64,000 bases of DNA from Henriciella sp. Lineage in GTDB: Bacteria > Pseudomonadota > Alphaproteobacteria > Caulobacterales > Hyphomonadaceae. The stretch covers positions 99,648 to 163,647 of the forward strand of contig NZ_JAPYPG010000002.1 in the NCBI RefSeq assembly GCF_029937755.1, given 5' to 3'. The notes beneath the pieces are model-generated. The model was given only the letters and a program-made list of their open reading frames with translations. It was not told where the DNA came from and did no database searches. Within the stretch, counting starts at the first letter, position 1. Every line of letters starts with the position of its first letter. This document shows, in pieces, positions 52,529 through 60,108 of the stretch. The position numbers and the translations under genes are program-made.

Positions 52529-54724
52529 ATGGAAAGCGTGAAACGTATGCAGGACAGGGAAAAACGCACACTGAATGCGATCCTGTCGGAGCAGTCGCCA
52601 GAACAGCTTCAGGCGATCGGCATCGCGCTTGCCGAAGCAGCTGCTGAATCCCAGGCGTTGATCTCCGAGGTGATGGCGACCAGCCGTCCGCATCGCATCG
52701 AAGTGCCCGATCGGGCCGATCCGTTTGGCCTGCTGAACTCATACAGCAAACTGGGCCAGTCGCTTGCGACCAATCCGACAGCGATGCTGACGGCCAATCT
52801 CGATCTCTGGATGGGGTGGGTGAACCTCTGGAAGGAGTTCACGACAGGTGAGATCAGCGCCCCGAGAGACAAGCGTTTTTCGGATCCGGAATGGTCTGCC
52901 AACCCGGCCTTCGAATTCATGCGCAAGGCCTATGAGCTGAATGCCGAATGGATGATGTCTGTGCTTAATTCCGCCGACGACATGTCCGTGGCCGACAAGC
53001 GCAAGGCACAGTTCTATACGCGCCAGACAATCGATGCGCTTTCTCCCACGAACTTCTTCGCGACAAATCCGGCTGCGCTCAAGGCAATGCTGGAATCCGG
53101 CGGGCAAAGTCTTGTCGATGGTCTGCGCAACGCGCGAAACGATTTGAAGAAGGGCCGCGGGCGGCTTTCCATCAGCCAGACTGACGAGTCGCCTTTCGAA
53201 GTCGGCAAGAATGTCGCGACAGCCCCCGGCAAGGTCGTCTATCGCAACAAGCTCATCGAACTCCTGCAGTTCGAGCCAACCACTGAGAAGGTTCATTCCC
53301 GGCCGCTGCTGATCTTCCCTCCCTGGATCAACAAGTATTACATCCTGGATCTTCGTGAAGAGAACTCGATGATCCGGTGGCTGGTCGACAATGGGATTAC
53401 GGTCTTTGTCGTCTCCTGGCGTTCGGCCGATGAAGTGACGCGCGATTTCAGCTGGGACGACTATATCGAACACGGGGTCATGGCGGCTGTCCATGAAGCC
53501 ACCACCCAGACCGGGTCAGAAGACACCAACACGGTCGGCTACTGCATAGGTGGCACCCTTCTCACCAGTGCGCTTGGCCACATGGCCAAGACAGGTGACA
53601 AACGGATTGCTTCTGCCACCTACTTCGCCTCGCAGACAGATTTCAGCGATGCTGGCGACCTCATGGTCTTCACTGACGAGAATTCTCGCCACAGCATCGA
53701 ACAGGTCATGGAAGCCAATAATGGCATCATGCCCGGCGAACTGATGGGCGAAACCTTCAACTGGCTGAGACCGGTCGACCTTGTCTGGCGCTACGTCATC
53801 GACAATTACATGCTCGGCAAGCAGCCCCGCCCCTTCGACCTGCTCTTCTGGAATGCCGACCAGACGAACATTCCGGCGAAAACACATCACACCTACCTGA
53901 ACGCGCTCTATGGCCGCAATGAGCTTGCCGAGGGCAAGTTCAAGGTATTCGGCGATACGATAGACATGGGCGATATCACCATTCCGGTGACCATCCAGGC
54001 GAGCCGCGAAGACCATATCTGTCCATGGCATTCGATCTATCGCGGTGCCCGCAAATTCGGGGGCGACGTCAACTTCGTACTGGCCGGCTCGGGCCATATC
54101 GCCGGTGTCGTCAATCACCCGAGTGCGGAAAAGTACCAGCACTGGATCAATCCGGACCTGCCCGCCACACCGGAAGCCTGGATTGCCGGTGCCGAAGAAG
54201 CAAAAGGCTCCTGGTGGCCGGAATGGCTGGACTGGCTTGCTCCCAAATCAGGTGAGCTGATTGATGCAAAGCCTGTCCCCGACCGCAAGCTGGGCGACGC
54301 GCCGGGCACCTACGTCAAGATGCGGCTGAAGGCGATTGCTGCGGGCGAAAAGCCAGCCACGACTTATTCCGCGCCGGCAGAGGCGAAGCCCAAACCGAAA
54401 GCTGCGCCCAAGCGGAAACCGTCACCGCCGAAAAAGACAGGCGCAACGTCGAAGACGCCAAGCCGCACGACAAAATCGGCTGCCGAGGTAGCCCGCCCAG
54501 CCAGTAAGCAGACCGGTCCGGCCAAGAAGGCCGCCGCCACTAAGAAGGCGACGACGAAGGGCAAGGCATCGTCAAGCGGCACAAGAAAAGCGGCGGCCCC
54601 GAAAAAGAAAACCACCGCTTCCAGAAAGACGACCGCGGCGAAAAAGCCAGCTGTAAAGAAGTCTGCACCGAAAAAACCGGCTCAGGGAAAGAGCGGAAGC
54701 AGCGCGTCCAGCCCGAGTTCCTGA
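52529..54724 (+). CDS. phaC: Class I polyhydroxyalkanoate synthase with Lys/Ala/Pro-rich C-terminal tail
   Basis: PPWINKYYILDL, lipase box GYCIGG, DHICPW, SGHIAG, GSWWPEW, APGTYV. The start could also be the ATG at 52547. Confidence 0.96.
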   Translation: MESVKRMQDREKRTLNAILSEQSPEQLQAIGIALAEAAAESQALISEVMATSRPHRIEVPDRADPFGLLNSYSKLGQSLATNPTAMLTANLDLWMGWVNLWKEFTTGEISAPRDKRFSDPEWSANPAFEFMRKAYELNAEWMMSVLNSADDMSVADKRKAQFYTRQTIDALSPTNFFATNPAALKAMLESGGQSLVDGLRNARNDLKKGRGRLSISQTDESPFEVGKNVATAPGKVVYRNKLIELLQFEPTTEKVHSRPLLIFPPWINKYYILDLREENSMIRWLVDNGITVFVVSWRSADEVTRDFSWDDYIEHGVMAAVHEATTQTGSEDTNTVGYCIGGTLLTSALGHMAKTGDKRIASATYFASQTDFSDAGDLMVFTDENSRHSIEQVMEANNGIMPGELMGETFNWLRPVDLVWRYVIDNYMLGKQPRPFDLLFWNADQTNIPAKTHHTYLNALYGRNELAEGKFKVFGDTIDMGDITIPVTIQASREDHICPWHSIYRGARKFGGDVNFVLAGSGHIAGVVNHPSAEKYQHWINPDLPATPEAWIAGAEEAKGSWWPEWLDWLAPKSGELIDAKPVPDRKLGDAPGTYVKMRLKAIAAGEKPATTYSAPAEAKPKPKAAPKRKPSPPKKTGATSKTPSRTTKSAAEVARPASKQTGPAKKAAATKKATTKGKASSSGTRKAAAPKKKTTASRKTTAAKKPAVKKSAPKKPAQGKSGSSASSPSS

Positions 54725-55725
54725 TCCCAGCCCATCATCAGGTTGAGATTCTGGATCGCCTGGCCGCTTGACCCCTTCACCAGATTATCGATCACGCCGA
54801 AAATGATCACGCGGCCCTTGGCACGGTCGGGAAAGACCCCGATCCGGCAATTGTTCGTGCCACGCACATGCCTTGTGTCCGGGGGTGGCGAACCAAGCGG
54901 CAGGACATTCATGAAGGGCTGGCTCTTATAGGCCTGAACCAGCGCCGCATGGATTGCCTCGGCATCACCACGAACATGACAAGTCACCATCTCGCCCCGC
55001 GCCATGGGAATGAGATGAGGGGTAAAGGTCGCTTCGATCGAATCGTCGCCCGAACGCAGGCGCAGTTCCTGCTCGATCTCAGGTGTGTGCCGGTGCGTGC
55101 CAACCCCGTAAGGATGGATTCCTTCGGTCACTTCGGAGAAGAGATTGCTCTCCTTGAGCCCCCTGCCAGCCCCCGTGGCGCCCGACTTGGCGTCGATGAC
55201 AATCGTATCCTTGTCGATCACGACCGGATCCATGAGCGGGAGCAAGACAAGAAGTGCCGCGGTCGGATAGCACCCCGGACAGGCGACAAGATTCGCCCCC
55301 TTTATCTTGTCCGCATAAAGCTCGCTCAAGCCATAGACCGCCGAGGCGGTGCGCTCGGGCGCGAGATGCGCACGTCCGTAAGCGGCGGAATAGGCTTCAG
55401 CATCGCGGAAGCGATAATCGGCAGACAGGTCGACCACCTTCACATGGCCCGGCAAGGTCTCAATCAGGTCCTGGCTCGTCCCGTGCGGCAGGCATCCGAA
55501 AGCGACATCGATCTCATCCCAGCGGACATCATCTGCGGTCACAACATCCAGGTCATACGGACCGGAAAGATGCGGAAAAATCTCTGATAACCGCTTACCG
55601 GCGAGAGCGTTGCCTGTTGCAGCGACTGCCTCCACCTTAGGATGGTTTTTCAGGAGCCGGATTGTCTCCGCGCCGGTATAGCCGGACGCGCCGAGCACGG
55701 CCGCTTTCAGGGTTTCTTGTGTCAT
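54682..55725 (-). CDS. argC: N-acetyl-gamma-glutamyl-phosphate reductase
   Basis: Start re-set to MTQETLKAAVLGASGYTG; CPGCYPTA, DAKSGATGAGR, HRHTPEI, DNLVKGSSGQA. Confidence 0.97.
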   Translation of the reverse strand: MTQETLKAAVLGASGYTGAETIRLLKNHPKVEAVAATGNALAGKRLSEIFPHLSGPYDLDVVTADDVRWDEIDVAFGCLPHGTSQDLIETLPGHVKVVDLSADYRFRDAEAYSAAYGRAHLAPERTASAVYGLSELYADKIKGANLVACPGCYPTAALLVLLPLMDPVVIDKDTIVIDAKSGATGAGRGLKESNLFSEVTEGIHPYGVGTHRHTPEIEQELRLRSGDDSIEATFTPHLIPMARGEMVTCHVRGDAEAIHAALVQAYKSQPFMNVLPLGSPPPDTRHVRGTNNCRIGVFPDRAKGRVIIFGVIDNLVKGSSGQAIQNLNLMMGWDQELGLDALLPLFP

Positions 55726-55752
55726 GGCCCTCCCCTTCTCATGCTTCAGGGC

Positions 55753-55786
55753 AAAGAAAAAGGGCGCTTCCCGGAAGAAGCGCCCC
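55753..55786 (-). terminator. Rho-independent terminator of rplM-rpsI
   Basis: Minus strand GGGCGCTTC-TTCCGG-GAAGCGCCC followed by TTTTTCTTT. Confidence 0.88.
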
Positions 55787-55813
55787 TCTCGAACAATCGG
55801 ATACCCGGAAGGC

Positions 55814-56299
55814 TTAGCGCTTCGAGAACTGGAAGCTGCGGCGTGCCTTGGCACGACCATACTTCTTGCGCTCGACCGTACGCGGGTCACGGGTAAGATA
55901 ACCGAACGGCTTCAGAACAGCGCGCAGGCCCGGCTCGTAGTTGACGAGCGCGCGGGCAATACCGTGACGAACGGCGCCAGCCTGACCGGAAAGGCCAGAG
56001 CCCTTAACGGTGCAGATCACGTCAAACTCGGTGCGGCGTTCGGCTTCAACGAGCGGCTGCTCGATCACCATGCGCAGAACCGGACGAGCGAAATACTGCT
56101 CCTGGTCCTTGCCGTTCACGGTGATCTTGCCGGTACCCGGCTTGATCCAGACACGAGCCGTTGCCGACTTGCGGCGGCCGGTGCCGTAGGCGCGGCCATG
56201 CTCGTCAATCTTCGGCTCGACAACCGCAACTTCTTCAGTCGCAGTGTCGCCGGTGGTGACAGATTTCAGGTCTTCAAGCGAATTGGCTGTATCGGACAT
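55814..56299 (-). CDS. rpsI: 30S ribosomal protein S9
   Basis: [32 protein letters not shown]...QFSKR. Confidence 0.99.
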   Translation of the reverse strand: MSDTANSLEDLKSVTTGDTATEEVAVVEPKIDEHGRAYGTGRRKSATARVWIKPGTGKITVNGKDQEQYFARPVLRMVIEQPLVEAERRTEFDVICTVKGSGLSGQAGAVRHGIARALVNYEPGLRAVLKPFGYLTRDPRTVERKKYGRAKARRSFQFSKR

Positions 56300-56304
56300 G
56301 GGGA

Positions 56305-56769
56305 TCAGTCGTCTCTCTGATTCTTGCCGTTCATCGACGCGAAGTCGACGGATTCGGGTTTCTGGGCTTCATGCGGATGCTCAGCGCCGGCATAAACGCG
56401 CAGCTTGGAGAGCTGCTGGCGCGCCAGCGAGCTTTCACCCGGCATCATACGCTTCACGGCGAGCTCGATGGCACGTTCCGGGAAACGGCCGGAAAGAATT
56501 TTCCCGGCAGTCGTTTCCTTGATGCCACCGGGATAGCCGGTGTGACGGAAATAGGTCTTGTCGCGGAGCTTGTTACCGGTGAACCGCGCCTTCTCGGCAT
56601 TGACGATTACAACGTGATCGCCAGTATCGATGTGTGGCGTGAAATCAGCACGGTGCTTGCCCCGCAGGCGTTTGGCGACATATGAAGCAAGACGACCGAC
56701 AACGACATCCGTCGCATCGATAACGATCCACTTGTTCTCCACGTCAGCTGGTGCGTTATAAGTCTTCAT
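56305..56769 (-). CDS. rplM: 50S ribosomal protein L13
   Basis: Start MKTYNAP; WIVIDA...[21 protein letters not shown]. Confidence 0.99.
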   Translation of the reverse strand: MKTYNAPADVENKWIVIDATDVVVGRLASYVAKRLRGKHRADFTPHIDTGDHVVIVNAEKARFTGNKLRDKTYFRHTGYPGGIKETTAGKILSGRFPERAIELAVKRMMPGESSLARQQLSKLRVYAGAEHPHEAQKPESVDFASMNGKNQRDD

Positions 56770-56805
56770 TGCTCCTCGGGAGCCTCTCATTCGGAGTGTT
56801 GGAAT

Positions 56806-57828
56806 ATGTTCAAGCGCCCGCGTTTAAGCGCGCAGACCTTCCCTGTCAACGCAGGGATCGCCGGTTTCCTGCTTTTCTATGCCGCGTCTTGCTCTGGTCC
56901 GCAAGAGGCTGAAGAAACACCGCAAGAGACCACCGAAACACAAGCGCCGGAAGCCCCTGCGCAACCGGCAGCCGAACCCGATAGCCTGCCTGCCGTATGG
57001 ATGACCCGCGAACTGGATTTCCCCGTTCGCAGCATCGGCATTGCCGGTGGCGCCGGGTCCACTTTTGCTGTCGCCTATGACGGCGGCGGACTGCAAATCT
57101 TTGACTTCGACGGCGACCGTATCACGGAAATCTCCAATCATGACGTGACGGCCCTCGCTCAGGGCCGGTACGTGATGATTTCCGGTACCCCTGTAACGGT
57201 CTATCCCGGCATCGACGCCCAGGGGGACATGAAAGCCTGGATTTACGGCGGTGGTCTCTCCGAAGCCATCCAGTATGACTTGCAGGGTGTCGATGGCGCG
57301 GCTCTTGCGGGTATCTGCGCGGCTGATCCCCAAAACCGCGACGCGTCACTGCAACGAATTGCCTTCTGGACCGAAGCCGCGCCCGCTGTGCTTGAGATTG
57401 GCGAGCTGGTTGAGCGGGGCGGAGAACTGGAATGGGTGAAGACCGACGAGGAATCAGTCTCTCAGCCCATTGAAGCCTGTACTTTCATCGCCAACGAAGC
57501 AGAAACCTTCAATGCGCCTGTCGCTGGCGCGGCAGGCCTCAAACGCCTCGGTCGTGAGACACTTGTTACACTGACCGAAGAAGGCATGGTTGATGTCAGT
57601 GTCGATGGTGGCGAGACGACACGCTACGAGATCCTCGACGGGATCACGGTCGTTGTACCGAGCGAACCGAAAGCCATCGCCGCGACAGGTGATGCACGCG
57701 GTGGAGGCTATCCGGGCGGACTGATTGTTCTGGGCGGTGATATCGAACGGGGCGATCACCGGGTGGTCATGGTCGACCCGAGCAAGATTACACTGACACC
57801 GCTGACGGAGTCCGCGATCGGGCAGTGA
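56806..57828 (+). CDS. Hypothetical lipoprotein, degenerate beta-propeller phytase-like
   Basis: Lipobox AASC, low-complexity linker, then blocks resembling phytase blades ([28 protein letters not shown]). Confidence 0.6.
   Translation: MFKRPRLSAQTFPVNAGIAGFLLFYAASCSGPQEAEETPQETTETQAPEAPAQPAAEPDSLPAVWMTRELDFPVRSIGIAGGAGSTFAVAYDGGGLQIFDFDGDRITEISNHDVTALAQGRYVMISGTPVTVYPGIDAQGDMKAWIYGGGLSEAIQYDLQGVDGAALAGICAADPQNRDASLQRIAFWTEAAPAVLEIGELVERGGELEWVKTDEESVSQPIEACTFIANEAETFNAPVAGAAGLKRLGRETLVTLTEEGMVDVSVDGGETTRYEILDGITVVVPSEPKAIAATGDARGGGYPGGLIVLGGDIERGDHRVVMVDPSKITLTPLTESAIGQ
56821..56849 (-). promoter_or_regulatory. Putative sigma70 promoter of rplM-rpsI, inside the divergent ORF
   Basis: Minus strand TTGACA-N17-TAAACG. 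Confidence 0.6.
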
Positions 57829-58837
57829 GCCAGACCAGGCGCACGGCGGCGATGAAGACAACGACGCCGAGCGCCTGGTGCACAATTGCAAGTTCCAGCG
57901 GCGCACCATTCACGAGCGTGTGGATGCCCCACGCCGCCTGAAGCGTGACGAGGGTCGCCATGGTGGCAACTTCCCGCACACCCTCCTTGCCCCAGCGCCA
58001 CGCCACGGCGCCGAGCGCCAGCAACCAGATCGCATAGGCGAAAATCCGATGATTGAATTGCGTAGCTTCGCGTCCTTCAAAAAGGCTACGAATGCCGAGA
58101 TCGGCGGTAAAATAGTGCGAGGGCACAAGCTCGCCCGCCATGAGTGGCCAGTCGGTATACGTCCGCCCAGCATCAAGACCTGCCACCAGCGCACCGCTCG
58201 CCATCTGGACAAAGACCAGTGCGAGCAGAACGCCAGACACCCGGCGCAAAGCGTCAGGTGCTGCCAGCCCGTCCCTCTTGCCAAGATCAAGCCAGAGCCA
58301 GACGGTATATCCGATGATGACAAGCGCGAGCACGAAGTGCGTCGCCAGCCGGTACGGCGCAACATCGAGCCGATCGGTTTCTCCGATACCGCTGGACACC
58401 ATCCACCAGCCAATGGCGCCTTGCAGCCCACCAAGCGCAATCAATGCGAGCAGTCGGGTCATCAAGGCGCGGTCGAGCCAGCCCTTTGCCAGGAACCAGA
58501 TAAAACCACCAATCGCGACAAGCCCGATAAGGCGACCGAATAGCCGGTGGCCCCACTCCCACCAGTAGATGTACTGAAACTCCGCCAGCGACATGTTGTA
58601 GTTCTGCTGCTGGAACTCCGCCGTCTGCTGGTACTTTGCAAACTCTTCCGCCCAGGCATCCGCGCCCAGTGGCGGCAGCGCACCGCTGATCGGGTCCCAT
58701 TCGGTGATCGAAAGGCCGGAGTCGGTGAGCCGCGTCATCCCGCCAATCAGGATCATGGCATAGACCATGAGCGCGATCAGGATCAGCCAGCGGCGGATCC
58801 AGACTGCGGCGATTTCACTTTTTGCGGCTTGCCTCAT
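57788..58837 (-). CDS. ctaA: Heme A synthase (COX15/CtaA)
   Basis: GGMTRLTDSGLSITEW, WWEWGHR, QGAIGWWMVSSG, YRLATH, FNHR, HQ. Confidence 0.95.
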   Translation of the reverse strand: MRQAAKSEIAAVWIRRWLILIALMVYAMILIGGMTRLTDSGLSITEWDPISGALPPLGADAWAEEFAKYQQTAEFQQQNYNMSLAEFQYIYWWEWGHRLFGRLIGLVAIGGFIWFLAKGWLDRALMTRLLALIALGGLQGAIGWWMVSSGIGETDRLDVAPYRLATHFVLALVIIGYTVWLWLDLGKRDGLAAPDALRRVSGVLLALVFVQMASGALVAGLDAGRTYTDWPLMAGELVPSHYFTADLGIRSLFEGREATQFNHRIFAYAIWLLALGAVAWRWGKEGVREVATMATLVTLQAAWGIHTLVNGAPLELAIVHQALGVVVFIAAVRLVWLTARSRTPSAVSV

Positions 58838-58872
58838 GTGCCCCTATCTGACGAACCAGTCCCGATCTGCAA

Positions 58873-58888
58873 GCGGCCACGGCGTCGC
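58873..58888. promoter_or_regulatory. Candidate RegA/PrrA-type site between ctaA and the small membrane gene
   Basis: GCGGC-N6-GTCGC resembles the RegA/PrrA half-sites; spacing is 6 nt rather than the commonly cited 5, and the motif is GC-rich so chance matches are likely. Confidence 0.3.
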
Positions 58889-58918
58889 ATGTGCAGTTCG
58901 CCACATCAGGAGCCCATC

Positions 58919-59110
58919 TTGCGCAAGATCATCGCCAGCCTCGTCATGCTCGCCTTTCTGGCGGTGTGGATCTTCCTGGCCGGAACGATCGGAACGCGAC
59001 TGACAGAGGCGCCGGACTGGCTGCAGCTTGTCTTCTACATTTTTGCCGGCATCGCCTGGGTCTTACCCCTCAGGCCACTAATGCGCTGGATGAACGCGAA
59101 AGAAAGCTGA
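58919..59110 (+). CDS. DUF2842-like small membrane protein
   Basis: TTG start behind an AGGAG SD; RKIIASLVML...WLQLVFYIFAGIAWVLPLRPLMRWM; 63 aa, two TM segments. Confidence 0.8.
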   Translation: MRKIIASLVMLAFLAVWIFLAGTIGTRLTEAPDWLQLVFYIFAGIAWVLPLRPLMRWMNAKES

Positions 59111-60091
59111 TCACTCGTCCTTTGAGGTGTCGTCCTCACCATGGATCTTGTTCGCCTGACGCCGCAGGCGCGCGAACATCTCGGCAGGGTCGCTACGACG
59201 CGGATCGTCAGGATCCAGATCCTCCGAATCGATATCGTCCTCCACCTCTTCCGCGACTTCCGGTGGGGTCGTTTCAGGCGTCGGGGGCGCTTCGTCTTCT
59301 GCCACGTCCTCTTCGACGTCTTCGGCCACTTCAGGCGGCACAGTCTCGGGCGTGGGGTCTTCTGCCTCGAAGGCCGGCTCGGGTGTTTCGAAGCTCGAAT
59401 CCACGAGGTCGCCAAGCGCAAGGAGCGTGGTTTCGCCACCAATCAGCGTGCGACCGGGCTCCACCATGACCCTGCCTTCCAGCGGCAGATAGACATCACA
59501 CCACCCGCCGAGCCGCCGTGTCGCAATCGTTTTGCCTGCCACAACGCGGTCACCTGCATCGGTGCGCGTCTCCAGGCGCGGCCCGAGCCCGCCAGTAGCG
59601 ATCCGAAGGCCGACCTGCACAGGCTCTCCATTGATCGCAAAGAAAAGTTGCTCGAGGCTGGCATTGTCCGGCTTCATCGCGGCGAATGCTTCTGCCGCGC
59701 CTTCTTCCCGAACGAGATGATCGACTGTGCCGGCAATGGGAGAATGGATATTGTTCGATGAGAAGGGTGACGAGGAGATACGGATGCGCTGGACCGGGCC
59801 GGGCATACGCAATTCATCCGGTGCATCGGCTTCCTCAACCGAGACGACGACACCATCGCAGGGTGTGACAATCAGCGAAGAGTCCTCAGGTGTTACCCGC
59901 TCAGCCGTCCGGGTCGCGAACAGAAGGACAATGCCCGGGATGAAAGCCAACCAGAACAGCGGCCCCCACAACATGCCGAGCAGTATGCCCAGCAGCCAGG
60001 CCGCAAGAAAGCCGACAATGCCCTCAAGGTCAAAGCCGCTCTGGACCCAGGGGAATGTCCTGTCCGATACCGGTCTGCTGCGATTGGCCAT
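59111..60091 (-). CDS. Phosphatidylserine decarboxylase homolog, predicted inactive, with acidic tail
   Basis: N-terminal membrane segment, ERVTP...LIVTPCDGVV, SPIAGTV and DVYLP...V.PG...GGET align by eye with short-type Psd; the FGS cleavage motif reads LGG. Confidence 0.78.
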   Translation of the reverse strand: MANRSRPVSDRTFPWVQSGFDLEGIVGFLAAWLLGILLGMLWGPLFWLAFIPGIVLLFATRTAERVTPEDSSLIVTPCDGVVVSVEEADAPDELRMPGPVQRIRISSSPFSSNNIHSPIAGTVDHLVREEGAAEAFAAMKPDNASLEQLFFAINGEPVQVGLRIATGGLGPRLETRTDAGDRVVAGKTIATRRLGGWCDVYLPLEGRVMVEPGRTLIGGETTLLALGDLVDSSFETPEPAFEAEDPTPETVPPEVAEDVEEDVAEDEAPPTPETTPPEVAEEVEDDIDSEDLDPDDPRRSDPAEMFARLRRQANKIHGEDDTSKDE

Positions 60092-60108
60092 TTGTCCCTT
60101 CCGTTTTC

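Noticed and set aside
58547-58918. Long upstream start for the DUF2842-like ORF
   Set aside because: It overlaps ctaA antisense; a TTG at 58919 with an AGGAG SD gives the expected small protein.
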